Shown: piece by piece, positions 1-12,211 of the stretch
Layout: the number at the start of each line of letters is the position of its first letter
Numbering within the stretch: the stretch's first letter is position 1
Source of the DNA: Folioceros fuciformis
Taxonomy: Eukaryota
Length of the DNA: 62,532 bases
Assembly (NCBI GenBank): GCA_049999805.1
Contig: JBNGIO010006279.1
Location: 1 to 62,532, forward strand
Reading direction: 5' to 3'
Position numbers and translations under genes: made by a program
Notes under the pieces: generated by a model
Databases searched by the model: none
Told to the model about the DNA's origin: nothing
What the model saw: the letters and a program-made list of their open reading frames with translations, nothing else

Positions 1-104
1 CTCCTTCGTGGGAACGAAACCCAATGTCTCAACGACAGTGGGATAAGTGTGGCCACTAAAGGTGGAACCCGTTGGCAATCAGTGCCCGGGGTTTTGCCTC
101 CACA

Positions 105-488
105 CAAGCATCATTAGCGCTTTTAAGTAATGAAGCTGAGTATAAAGCTTTAACAGATGCTTGTAAGGAAGCAAAGTGGGAAAGACAGTTTCTGGATGGT
201 GTTTACTTATCTCAAATAGATCCAACCCAGCTTTTCTGTGACAATATGAGTGCCATTGCCCTAGTCTCAAATCCGAGATTCCATGCACGCACGAAACATA
301 TAGAGTTGTATCATCATTTTATACGTGATGCAACAAAAAGAGGGGTTGTGAAGGTCGAGTATACACATACTGATAGCAACAATGCCGACATTTTGACTAA
401 GGGGCTTGTTAAGGTAGAGCACTACATACATGTGGCAGCTCTTGGACTGAAGGAGTTTGTTATGCCTACTCCTTCCTCTACAACTTGA
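105..488 (+). mobile_element. Ty1/Copia LTR retrotransposon, RNase H C-terminus (fragment)
   Basis: QASLALLSNEAEY...LFCDNMSAIAL...FHARTKHIELYHHFIRD...NNADILTKGL matches Copia RNase H motifs. A PPT-like AGTGGGAG lies at 804-811, with a probable 3' LTR starting at 812. Confidence 0.93.
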
Positions 489-811
489 GGCCATCACTTG
501 CCCTACAGGAAGGATGAAGAAACCCGAGGATTGAAGCCTAAGTCGGTCGTCGTTGTGTCTCTGGGAGCGAGGGTTCTTCAGTGTCTTCACCCTAAACCCT
601 AAACCTAGCCTGAGCTTGGATGACCTACTCCAGGGTGATGCACAAAAGGATGCTCTTGGCGGGATAAGATGCAATTACTGGTCCACACCATCTTGCTGAT
701 CAGCGTTGCTTCAACTCTGCATGTGGAACGGCTCCATCGTTCATAGCCTTAAATTCGCACGAGCTTGGAATAGCAATCAGTAGAGTAGGTGCAACTCGTG
801 AACAGTGGGAG

Positions 812-1016
812 TAATCACTAGCTAATCCATTCAGTCGTGGAGTAACCCGTGTAGCCTAGACATAATGAGCTTTAGTGTTTGCCAATTATTAATTTATGTC
901 TACGGCTAAGTAGGAATGTTAAGGGTTATTGTAGTTATCCTAACATAGGTTAACCTATGATAACCTAATGCTAGTTAGGTTAAGTGAACAGTCACTTATG
1001 CAAGTATTTAAACACA
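812..1016 (+). mobile_element. Probable 3' LTR of the Copia fragment (right end uncertain)
   Basis: Directly follows AGTGGGAG, the same PPT that precedes the verified LTR at 47416. It begins with TA rather than TG. Confidence 0.4.
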
Positions 1017-3200
1017 TAAAATTTTGTATTTTATTCATTCTATTTTTACAACAAGCTTCCGCTTATTATCAGCTTTTTTTCTCTTAAATGTTGAGATATT
1101 TTCTCCTCTTTCCATGAGGTTTGCAAGTGTGTGTTCTTCTTTGCTTAGGGTACTATTAGGACTATTTTCTACAAGATGATTACTACAAATGACGCCTTTT
1201 GCCTTTTCCTCTATCATTTGCAAACCTTTGTTCTATTCTCCACCATTTAGCCGCTCTAGGTGATGCTTTTTCCTTTCTCTATCATTTTGCAAGCCCTTAA
1301 ATGTTTGTTTTACTTCCAATACTTTGAAAGCACAAGTAGGTTCTTTTGGGTTAGGAGCTTAGATGCTCTTTTTTTATGTTGATTCCCATGGGTCCTCTTG
1401 GGTTGTTCTTAACTAGCTGGACTTCTTTGCATTATTTTTATTATAAATGCACTATATTTTATGTTAGTTCATTATTATTTTGAATATTTTTTTCTCAAAT
1501 TTATGTTTTCATATTATATTTTATATTAGGTACATTCTATTATTAATCTAATTTTTTTATTTAGAATATTTATTAAGTGCATGGAATTTCTTATGGCATG
1601 TGTGTCATAGCTTTTGCATCTTTGTTCCTTAAAGCTGGATGGCCGCATTAGTTAACTTGAATCCTTGTCAAGATTACATAATAAGAAAAGAATGAGGGAC
1701 ATAAAGCTTAGTTAAGAGCAGAAGCGTTACTCAAGGAGGCCTAGAAAATATGTATATAGATGTTGGTGAACATCAAATTTAGTCTGGAGTTTAGTTTGTG
1801 CATTTCAGGTCTAAAATTTATTAGAAGGGAAGTGATATAAATTAAACTTGATGATGCATGGATTTAGTGATAAAAAGAAAAGTCTTGGTCCGACGAATCT
1901 TAACAATTGTGGGAGGCGGCGGAACGGGAAGATTCAACATGGAGTTACATCATGACGTAGGACCTAGAAAGGGCCACTTGACCCTAACAAATAACAAAGC
2001 GCGACCGAGGCTGGAGCACGCAGGAAAGGCGTGTCCCAAAGTCCTAGGATATAAGTAGGCTCAGCGAGCGTATCGGGAATAGAAAGGCTAGTGCGCACAT
2101 TTGAATTGAATTGGTACAACAAATAAAAGCAAACCGAAATTCACCTGGATGACTGGGAGCGTATTTTTGGTGCATGCAGGCCCAGGCACTGGTTCCAGGC
2201 GCAGGCCAGCCTGCAGCTCATCAGCCCAGTCCAGTCCAGTCCACACGGGGCGCCAAGCTTTGTCTGCGGCCTCGGGCCGTGCCGTGACCCAGCGGCCTGG
2301 AGCTATTTGGATCATCACCTTCCTCATCAGGCCGGCTGCTGGAGCTTGCTTGGTTGTGTAGACAGGTCTGGATTTGTGTCGGTGTAACATATCCCGTGCT
2401 ACTCTTTGTACGGGTCCAACCCAGCAGTGAGCTTAGCTTAGCTGCCTCACCCGCTTACGGCTTTGGAGCGGCTGCTGAGGGAATTCTGCTGGCTCGGGAG
2501 AGTTGGCGCTCTTGATTCTCACCTTGGTCACGGGCCTGGCCGGTGCACGGGCTGCAGAGGTTGTGTTAGCCGTTGGGTTGTTGTCTCGATGCTTGGGGTT
2601 TGTTGCGGAATGTCAGTTGCGACGCGGCGATGGTGGTGTTTGTGTGACGCGGGCGCGGCTTCTGCCCGCCTTCCTGCCGTGAAGGCTGAATGTTGAGCGT
2701 CAGTCAGTCCTAGGAGTGGGAAGGCCGAATTTTTCGTGTTTCCTTCCGGTGCGGTGCAGGTTTTGAATGCATGACCGTCGTCGGCTTGACTTCCTTCCCC
2801 TTGTTTGTGCTGCGGTTCAGTGTTCTCCGGGGGTGTGGAGAAGGGGCCGGATGATGATGGATGTGAGGCCTAGTCCTGACTGCGCCACTGAGGCGCTTAA
2901 GAATTCTCCTTTGAAGACGAAGTCACGTAGGAAATGTGAAGGAGCGAGGAGTTCATAGCTTATTGTTTACGCCTTCGCTGAGCGAGCGGTGGAGGATGTG
3001 TTCTTGAGGATAAATTTGTTCAGGGACGGTGTTGGCCCCGGTCGGGAGCTCGTCTGTGAGCCTTGGGATGGCGTTGGAGGTTCGCTTGGCTGCATTTTCG
3101 TGTACGAGCTGCGGCTTTCTTTGTGCTTGCGGGGGATATCTATGGAGTGCAGATCGGGAGTAGGGATGCTTCACGCTTCTGCGCATTGACAGAAACTGAA

Positions 3201-6200
3201 ATGAAGGGGTCTGCTCCGCTTCTTCTTCAACCTGCGGGGGCAGGTGAGGAGAGTTATAAGTCTGTCGGGCTAGGCGAGTCGCAGGTGGAGTCGTCTTTCC
3301 AGGACGGCGAGTCCAAGGTTCAGCCGTTGCTGTTTCCTACTTTGGTGGATTTGGACCCCCCTTCCCCTGATCCGCTTCGACCTAGCTCTCCTCTCAGGTG
3401 GCGTGCGCTAGCCCCTCTGTCTCCACAAATATTACATGAGACGCCAGTCCGTGGACTTTTGACGAGGGATCCGACGTTCTCGGAGCACAGAGACACCGAC
3501 ACCGGGGCTTCCTTTGCAGATGAAGCAACTCTACTTGCTGAGAAGAATATCTCATCGTCTTCAGATGCTGGCCGGCGGGTATTGGAGAAACGATTATTAG
3601 ATCTGGATAGTTTCGGAGAGCAGTCGATCAACGAGTTTCTTGATGCCATCTCACCTGCCTGCGTTGCATCTAACCAAGAGAAGTTGGACTACTCTATCGC
3701 CTTGGAATACTGTGGGCCTCCCATCACCCATAGTGTACCCAAGGTTGAGCCTCTCGTCTGCCCCCGCAGTTCGGGGTCGGATGAGAAAGATAGCACGTCG
3801 AAGGTGATACCGGTGGCGCCTCCCGTGGACCCCAAATGTTTCGGGAATGAGTTGACTGAGCAGTCTGTGGTGGAATCAGAGCCTATGGTCCTCAGTGAGG
3901 AGGCAGGCCCGATGTTGTCAGCAAAAGTATCTAGTGGAGATCTGACTGGCTTCCTCTCACCTTACCATAGCATTTCTGCTGGCAGGCAGACTGGCGAGAA
4001 GGCTGTATCCGCGCACGAAGTCAAGGGCAGTGCATTTTCTCGGAGCCTATCAGGAAAAGATGAGAGCAAGGAAAGAGGAGATGTCAAGCTTGGGGCACCT
4101 CCATCGGACGGAGCAACAAAGCCAGCTGTCCCAGTCACTGCAACGGCTGCACATCCAGTGATTTTCGTCAACTCTCCGAGAGTGTTCCCCGCTCCAGTGG
4201 AAGTGTCCGCTTCAAAGTCACCTGCTTCCGTCTCTCGAGATTCCTCTGTTGTGGATCGTGAAGGTTTGGAATCAGCATCAGCGCGAGCCTCTACTTCTGC
4301 TTCAGCCTCTGTGTCAGCATGTGTATCGGCATCAGAGTATCGTTCTCCTGCATGGAAGCTACCTGCAGAGTTGACAAATGTAGATCATTATGCTCCGGCA
4401 ATATCAACCGATGGTGCGTTGAGTGTCGGGTCTGTGAGACTGTCATCCTACAGAGGTAGATCCATGTCTTTGCCATCAGTTACAGCTTCATCTCATCATT
4501 CTAAAACAAATTCGATGGCTTCCATGGCTTCAGAGTTTTCCCAGCAACTTTATTTTATCCCAGGTGAAGAGGATTGCTCCTTTGTCAGAGGTCACAGAAG
4601 GAGAGGGGTATGTCACAGATGCTCGAAACGTCATCTCTGGTCAGACAGGGAAGCCTGCCTTGTTTGCGGTGCAAAGTACTGTAGCAACTGTGTTCTGGTT
4701 GCCATGGGCTCCATGCCAGAAGGTCGTAAATGTACTCATTGCATTGGTAAACCTATCCATGAGACCAGGAGGCACCACCTCGGAAAATGTTCGCGGCTTT
4801 TGAAGTCGTTGCTTAGTTCTTTAGAGATTCAGCAGATTCTCAAGGCTGAGAGAGAGTGCGCATCCAATCAACTACAGCCGCAACAGCTCGTGGTTAACAC
4901 AAAACCCTTGACCGCTGAAGAAATGTCTGATCTTCTTTCGTGTTGTAAGCCCCCTTCCAAGCTGAAACCAGGAAGATTTTGGTATGACTCGCAATCTGGT
5001 CTGTGGGGAAAGGTTGGTGACAAGAACGCTATCTCCCCTGAGGTTGACAAGCTTTGTTCTTGTGCAATTCAACCGCCGTCTTATCCTACTAAACTTTTGC
5101 TTGGCATGCCGACATAGGAAGGAGAGCATCCTCATCAAATCATTTCATCTGGCTTGAAAGTGGGGGGGCGACTTCAGCGGAATGCCAGTAATGGTAATAC
5201 TGGAGTAACTATGAATGAGCGCGAACTTGGAAAGATGGAATTAAGGCTATACAGAGTGAGTGCGTGACAATGAGCATTTCACTTTCTTTCCCTTGATGCC
5301 ATAGGAAATATGAAATCTGATCAGATTTGTGGTCAACAGTTAGCTGGAGTGCACTGTCCGTCAGGCACCAATCTTTGGGTTGATGATGACGGGTCTTACA
5401 GCGAGGTTGGTCAAAAGGGGTCCAAGGGCAGTATATGGGAAACGGTATTTCTCGCACTTCAGTCCTCTCTGTCTTCCCTAGTCTTCTAAGCTACTGTTTG
5501 ATGGCTTCCTATACCTTCTCTGCTGTTAATAGCATGCTTTCCTGTTGCAGACCTCAGCCAAATGGTTGTACCCCTTCTTTTCTTTACCAATACCCCGTGT
5601 GAAGTCAACAAGGAGCACAAAAGTGGACACAGAAGATTTTTTGAACAAATACTTGACAGAGTATCTGGAGCCCAAGAGAGTACAAAAGCTTTTGCTACTG
5701 GGGCATGAAGGCTCTGGTAGAAGTACAGTTTTCAAACAGGTTAGCGTTGGATGGACCTGGAACTGGTAATGTACGACTGGCAGAGCTGGGTTTGGAGTGT
5801 CTGGTGCAGATTTGTTAAGGCACATGTATTTTTGCAAGTATTGGTCTTGAGCGGCTGTTGCGTGAACTTCGTACTGTTACCCTGCGGACATTCGATTTCC
5901 GTGGTCTCACTTTCTGTTTGTTTTCATCGTATCTTGTTCCTTGACAGGCCAAGTACCTTTTCAAAGATGGTTTCTCTCCAGAGGAACTACAAGCTTATAA
6001 GTCCTTGATACAGAGTAATGCGTACAAGTATATTAGTATCCTTCTTGAAGGGCGGGAACGTTTTGAAGATGCTGACAGAAGTGAGGATGCTTCGCCGGAT
6101 GCAGTGGAAACTGGCTCATCTATGAGAGGTACTATCAAGGTTGAGGGTCTTTGTGAGTAATCTAGAACTACGTTTCGTTGCACGTAGTATAGAAATTTGG

Positions 6201-7534
6201 TGGGATTTGAGTTTTAAAGATTCCTTGGTGCTAGTGAATTTGCTACCAAGGCGTCTACTTTGCTTATTTGCAGCAGGCGAGGGTTCCCAAAGCCCATACG
6301 CACTAGATCTACGGCTAAAGCCTCGAGCAGATTGGTTTCTGGAGATCATGGCAACTGGTTGTCTGCAGACGTTTTTCCCCGCTGCCACTCGAGAATATGC
6401 TCCAGTAGTGGAGGCTCTGTGGCATGATCCAGCAATCCAAGCAACCTTTAAAAGGAAAGACGAGCTGCACATGTTGCCAGATGTTGCAGGCTATTTTTTG
6501 GAGAAGGTGGGACTTTTTGGTTCATTATCTAGATGACATGTGAGGAATTTGGTTTTATTTTTGCCTGGGAGTGTTTCCTTCCCCCATGGAAGTCTCATTT
6601 TGGAGTGAAATATTGTCTAGGTGGCGGAGGTATCAAGTAACGAGTATGAACCCTCTGAGGACGACATTTTGGCTGTAGAGGGCCTCACTCAAGGTTCAGG
6701 TCTCGCCGAGATAGAGTTTATCATGGAAGATAAAGCTCCCCTCTCGGGGCCTTACACTGATCCCGGAGACTCATCAACCCCTGTTGGCAGGTTTTTCGTT
6801 TTCTCTTTTTTTTGTATTGTGAATGTCCTTAATTTTGGGATGATGCAAGAGAATTAAAGGTTCATCTGGTCTCTTGCAGGTATCAGCTCATTCGGGTTGG
6901 GGGTGTGGGGATCACCGATGGCAGGAAATGGTTGGAAATGTTTGAAGATGTCTGTGCAGTGATCTTTTGTGTCGCTCTCAGTGACTATGACCAGATGTGG
7001 GCTGACAGCAATGGTGCCCTGAGGAACAAAATGATTCAGAGCAAGGAGCTTTTTGAATGTATTTTACAGCATCCAAGCTTCAGGGACACTCCATTTGTGC
7101 TGCTCCTCAACAAACGCGACGTGTTTGAGGAAAAAATCTGCAAGGGTATCCCACTGTCTTCTTGTGACTGGCTGTCTGATTTCCAACCTGTGAAATCATC
7201 GAACCCCTCACCTCAGAGTGTGGCTGAACAAGCATACCACTATGTTGTGCGCAAGTTCAAGGACATCTACACGACCATGAGTAATGCAAGGGGGATTACG
7301 GGTCGGAAGATGATGACATTTGAGCTCAATGCCCTGGACCGCTCGAAGGTGAATAACGCCTTTATGTACATAAGGGAGATACTAAAATGGGAGGCGGATA
7401 CAAAAGCAGGCTGGAATGCAGATTATTCTTACTGCACGGACACCAGCTCGTTCTCGCCATCTCTATCTGCGAATCATCCAGCAGTTTACAACCTCGCGAA
7501 CGGGGGTGTCTACCATGGGGTTGCGAACTGGTAA
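3201..7534 (+). CDS. XLG: Extra-large GTP-binding protein (XLG), multi-exon
   Basis: Long disordered N-terminus, then a Cys-rich region (CHRC...[27 protein letters not shown]), [15 protein letters not shown] and NASNGNT. The G-alpha domain has [36 protein letters not shown] and LLLNKRD. GT-AG introns, e.g. 5013-5117. First ATG at 3201, stop at 7532-7534. Confidence 0.96.
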
Positions 7535-8158
7535 TAGTTATTTGCTCTGTCATCTTACTTCTTTCATTCCGGATTTATGGTGCTTACCAGCTGATGTCTT
7601 CGCTGCAGGACCGGTAGGACTGTGTAGGTTACTTAGTGCCAAGTCTGCGTATCTGCGCTGTCCTGGCCCGTCACACGAGAAAAAGCATCATAGCTTTTGA
7701 CTCAGTCGCAAGCCGGCCAACTTATCTCCGCTTGTACTATAGTACTTCCTGACCACTGGCTTTTGTCGTGGGCCAGCATTCATATCCTCATTAGGTACGA
7801 TGTGGACTTCAAATTAGAGCGTTTTGCGTTTTCCTTCCACACAATTTGCTAGCCCAGTGAGTCGAAGGCAAAGTAGCATTCCTCTCGAATGCTCGGGTTG
7901 CGCATTGAATTGTCAGTCAGTTTTATTCATCTAGGAATAAATTGCCTGTTTCAAAACTGCTCAAAGTTCCAGCGTTCGCTCCACAGACACTTCGTACATG
8001 TTACAGTAATTACAAGAAAGGCTAGAAACAAGGCCGCGTCCTACGTGTCTGCCACAGGCGATCGTATTTCACCCTAAGTAGGGATGAGGGCAACCTCACA
8101 TGGCCTAAGTCACTCAAGTCCCGAAGCCCCAGCACAGCACTAAAAATGGCATGAGGTA

Positions 8159-8833
8159 TCACATCCTACGCAAATTATCCAGACGAGCTTGAAGATCACT
8201 GTCAATCCCTTCATCCGAGGGAGCATCTGTTGCCTCAGCTACTTTCGCAGGAGCAGCCTGAGCTGGAGTAGGCACTGCATTAGCCGGAGCACGCACCAGC
8301 TGAGAATCAAGATCCACACCGATCTCGTCCAAGACTTGGTTTACTAGGTCCTCCGTCTCCTCCTCTTCCTCATCTCCCTCCAACACGTCGTCAATAGCAT
8401 CTCCCATCACCTCTGTAGTCATCTCCATCCTCTCGTTCTGCCTCTCAAACTCCATCATGATCTTCTGCAAAGCTGGCAAGTTCATCTGCCTATTCATCTG
8501 CCCCATCGCTTTTGTCACACCTTTCATAGCCTCCGCCATGGCTTGCGTAGACTTCAAAGTCTGGATCCGTAGAGAAATTCCCTGCAGCTGAGACTTGAGC
8601 CCGTAGAACTTGGTAATTTGGTGCCTTGTCCTTATCAAATCCTTGGCCATTACCCTGACTGCTCCCATCTGCCCCTGCTTTGCTGTCTTCTTGATCTCCG
8701 CAATCAGCTTCTTCTCCTGCGTCTGCAAACTCTGCCGTTCCCTCTCGATCTCCCTAATGGACTTGTCCAGCATACGCTTGTTCTCTCTGAGAAGCTCCGC
8801 CGGCGTCTTCTTCTTCCCGAAAAGGAAGGCCAT
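8159..8833 (-). CDS. VPS2: ESCRT-III subunit VPS2/CHMP2A homolog, intronless
   Basis: MAFLFGKKKTPAELLRENKRMLDKSIREIERERQ...MAKDLIRTRHQITKFY...DSDLQARLDNLRRM, with the C-terminal MIM1 motif. Single exon. Confidence 0.97.
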   Translation of the reverse strand: MAFLFGKKKTPAELLRENKRMLDKSIREIERERQSLQTQEKKLIAEIKKTAKQGQMGAVRVMAKDLIRTRHQITKFYGLKSQLQGISLRIQTLKSTQAMAEAMKGVTKAMGQMNRQMNLPALQKIMMEFERQNERMEMTTEVMGDAIDDVLEGDEEEEETEDLVNQVLDEIGVDLDSQLVRAPANAVPTPAQAAPAKVAEATDAPSDEGIDSDLQARLDNLRRM

Positions 8834-9378
8834 AGTTGCAGGCGTGGATCTTTCTTCGTCAGCCAAGCTCGCTCCTTCACCACCGAGGACAGACCAAGGC
8901 CTCGTGTACCGGACGGAACTTCGACTAGACCAAACCCCCGCAGCCCTTCGGCTCCTACGCGCACGTCAGAGGCCCCAACAACAGCTCCAGATCTCCAAAA
9001 GAAGTGGCCAAAACAACCTCACATCGATCTGGCATATAGCCACATATATAGCAAATCAGAATCGAGAAGACCGAGGAAGCGGATGATCCTCCACGCCACG
9101 AGCACGCGCAAGAAGATGGCGCAAATTAAGCTGAGGCAGTAGATGCATGGCGCCTCTAAGAAGCAACAAAATTGTCCTCTTTCTGGCCACCTTCTCTAGT
9201 GCCTTCACTCAACACTAACCTAAGAATCAACCGATATCACGTTGTTCCAACCAGTCAAAGCGAGCCGGGTTCGAACTGCCCTGGAGGCAAGTGAATCATT
9301 TCCTGGCGCGTGTCCATCTCGGGGCGACAGCTTCTCCAGCTCGATGCGCTGGTTCAGCGAGGCCGGAACTCAGAGATC

Positions 9379-10895
9379 ATGGGTCCAGGATTCCGTGGTC
9401 TGCTACGGCGCGCAAGAATCGGGCCTTGGCGATCATCGTCATGCCTATCTCCTTGGACAAGATCATGGCCATGGCCAGCTTCAGCGTCCAGTTCCGGCTC
9501 ACGAATGTCCACTCTTGCATGTGATGAAGTCCTGGTGACTAAGGAGGACGCCGATGATGAAAAGCTCATGACTGCCGTGTTCGTGCACGGACTCCTGGGC
9601 TCTGGAAGGAACTGGAGGACGTTTGGCAAGCAGTTGGCTCAAGCTGTGGCTGAGGGGAGCTCCTCGGATTCCCTCGGTGAGGCTGCTGAATTTCGATCCG
9701 GCACGAAGATTGGGAGCAGCTTCTGAGGGTTTGTCTTGCAGGCTGGAGGCTTGTTTTCGTGGACCTGAGAAATCACGGCCAATCTGCCAGTTTGCCAGGC
9801 TTTGATCCTCCTCATGACATTCCTTCTGCGGCCAAGGATTTGTCTGAATTCGTGAAAGTACAGCCGTGGGGTTGGCCAGACGTTGTTGTCGGGCATTCTC
9901 TTGGAGGTAAAGTTGTCCTTGAGTTTGCACACATGTGTGTTGCCGGCAGCTATGGCGGAGAGGCTGTTGCTCCAAAGCAGGTGCATGTCTCAACTCACTG
10001 TCCTTCCATGGCTCAGACTGCGTCTGATGATGATCTGGAGTTTGTGAGCTTGAATCTGCAAGACCTAGTGGCTGCTTTGTTCGACTGGACCTTTTGTTCA
10101 CGCCTGTTGTGCATTACGTGCTCCAGGCAGAGAGCTGTTTTGGTGGGGGAATGGTGTGTTGATTTGGTGAACGCCGTGATGCGGAACAGCTCTGGGTTTT
10201 GGATTCCGTGCCCGGTGCCATTCCGATTGATGATGAAGGTGGTGAGGTGGAGCGTGTTTTGGCTACACTGAATTCCCTTCCAGAACCAATCCCTTCACGC
10301 AGGTGCGTCGTACTTTTGCCGTCAACGTTTTTGTGACGTCCTCCTCTCAGTGTACTGGAGAATGGATGGCTCAATTTGCTTGTTTGTGGTGTCGAACAGA
10401 TGGCTTCAGGATCACATGACTGAGCTTGGATTTTCTCCTGGTCTTTCTGCTTGGATGGGAAGCAACTTGAAGAGGGTAGACAAGTCCAAGGAGGAAATGA
10501 AATGGATATTTAATTTACCCGGCGCGTACGACATGTTTAAATCATACAGGTGGGTGTTGTCTACCTTCAAATTCGAAGGCTTCCAGGATCGGAGCACTGA
10601 TGGCGGGGAAGGTAATCTGGTGCGCAGGAAGGAGGACTACTGGGCGGTCTTGGAACACCCTCCGACAGGAATGAAAATTGGGGTGGTGCGGGCTATTAGA
10701 AGCGACAGATGGAGTCCTGAAATTCTCCAAAGGTTGGAGAAGCTTGCTGCGAAGAATAGCCAGGCTAGTGAGCGCTCGGGGCTTTTGTCCTACCACGTCT
10801 TGGCAAACGCAGGCCACTGGCTGCACAGTGACAACCCAGCAGGCTTGGCGCAAATCCTTGCACCTTCTTTGACAGAGTTGTCTGCACTCACCTAG
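9379..10895 (+). CDS. Alpha/beta-hydrolase, ABHD11-like, probably organelle-targeted, multi-exon
   Basis: VFVHGLLGSGRNW, VDLRNHGQS, nucleophile elbow GHSLGGKV, WVLDSVPG and C-terminal NAGHWLHSDNP. Arg/Ser-rich N-terminus. Start codon inferred. Confidence 0.9.
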
Positions 10896-11155
10896 ATGTC
10901 GCCTAAGGCGCCCTCTCCTTCAAGAAGGAATTTTCCCAGAACACGTGCTCATAAAACCAACAAACATGAAAACATGGCAAAATTACGAAACAAAGAATTC
11001 TCTCGACGCGGATGGGGAAGCACGAGTCAATGTGTAGTCCCTAAATGCTGTGACTCAGGCTTACAATGGCTAGACAGAATTCCAGCCACAACCTGCCGCC
11101 ATTGCTCATGGATATGAACAAGCTCAGCAAATGTGCGATCTTGTTGAGCCTCAAA

Positions 11156-11525
11156 TCAGCCACTAGCTTCCCTCTCTTCTAGCTCTCGAAGAAGACGGCG
11201 CCTCAGTCGATTAGCTTCAAGTGTGAGCTTGTGTTCCTCATACTGCATCACGATATTAGAACCTGGACGCAATTTTTTCCTCACAAACAGAAACCTACAC
11301 ACAGAACCCTACACCCAGAAATTCACTCTCCCTACAAGACACAATCTAGCTATCGGTGAGCCGAAATATTGCAGTCTCACAACATGCATCATCGGCAAAG
11401 TGGAACTACGAAAAACATACCCGCCGAGTCTGCCGTTCTGCTGCTTGTTTGACAATGTCCTCACGGAACTTGAGCACAGCCGCGGTGGCCGCCACCATGG
11501 CAACAAACGTGAATATGCGGACCAT
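11156..11525 (-). CDS. 63-aa single-pass membrane microprotein (2 coding exons), not in ORF track
   Basis: Exon 11525-11421 encodes MVRIFTFVAMVAATAAVLKFREDIVKQAAERQTRR. Phase-0 intron GTATGT...TGCAG at 11420-11243. Exon 11242-11156 encodes YEEHKLTLEANRLRRRLLRELEEREASG*. Hydrophobic N-terminus plus charged helical tail. Confidence 0.7.
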
Positions 11526-12211
11526 CTCCTTATCTAACGTGAAGCTCCTCCGCTAGCTTAGACCTAATTCACAGAATAGCCTGTCTGTCGAAGACTCTGA
11601 TCTACAGAATCCGATGCGAAGCAGTATGGCTCTCCAACGCTCAAAGATCAACGCGTTTTCCAGCAGCATCGACCGTATCTCTAAGGCGCGACTCTCTAAC
11701 ATGAACCACACACAAACGGAACGGGACGGAATAAACGAAACGGGCCTCGGAGTCCATAACAGAAACGTTCACTGGGCCTCGGATTTGCTCTTCCGAACCG
11801 GAGGCAATTAGGTCCGTAACCGAACCTGCCCCGAACGGGCATCACGTTCTGCACGCAGCTGCATTGTCGCTTGTGCGTGAAAGATTGCACCATGAGAAAG
11901 TGCACAGCATGAGCGGACTCATCAGATTCTTAAGAATGCTACAAGGAGACCTTCTCTTTGTGGGTGATAGTGAAAGCACACTCTTGCTGCCCTTAGAGCC
12001 CTGGTTGTTCTGTTGCTTCGTCTCCCCGCGGACCGTGAATTCTCGGGACTAGCCTCCCAGGTATGCTGGGTTGTGGCTTGTGGCTTGTGTGATCTGAGTG
12101 TGCACGTGAGCACATTGGGGCTATTTGTGGCCCTGGAATGTGTAGAGTCCGAGGTCTCTCTTGTTCCGCTTTAACATCCTCAACTTTTTTTTTTTGACAT
12201 TGCCAGCAAGC

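Noticed and set aside
1-104. Possible end of another LTR (…GCCTCCACA) nested in the Copia RNase H
   Set aside because: Homology does break here, but the partner end and TSD lie outside the window, so it cannot be supported.
590-606. CCCTAAA telomere-like repeats
   Set aside because: Only about two units inside a Copia 3' region; not an interstitial telomere.
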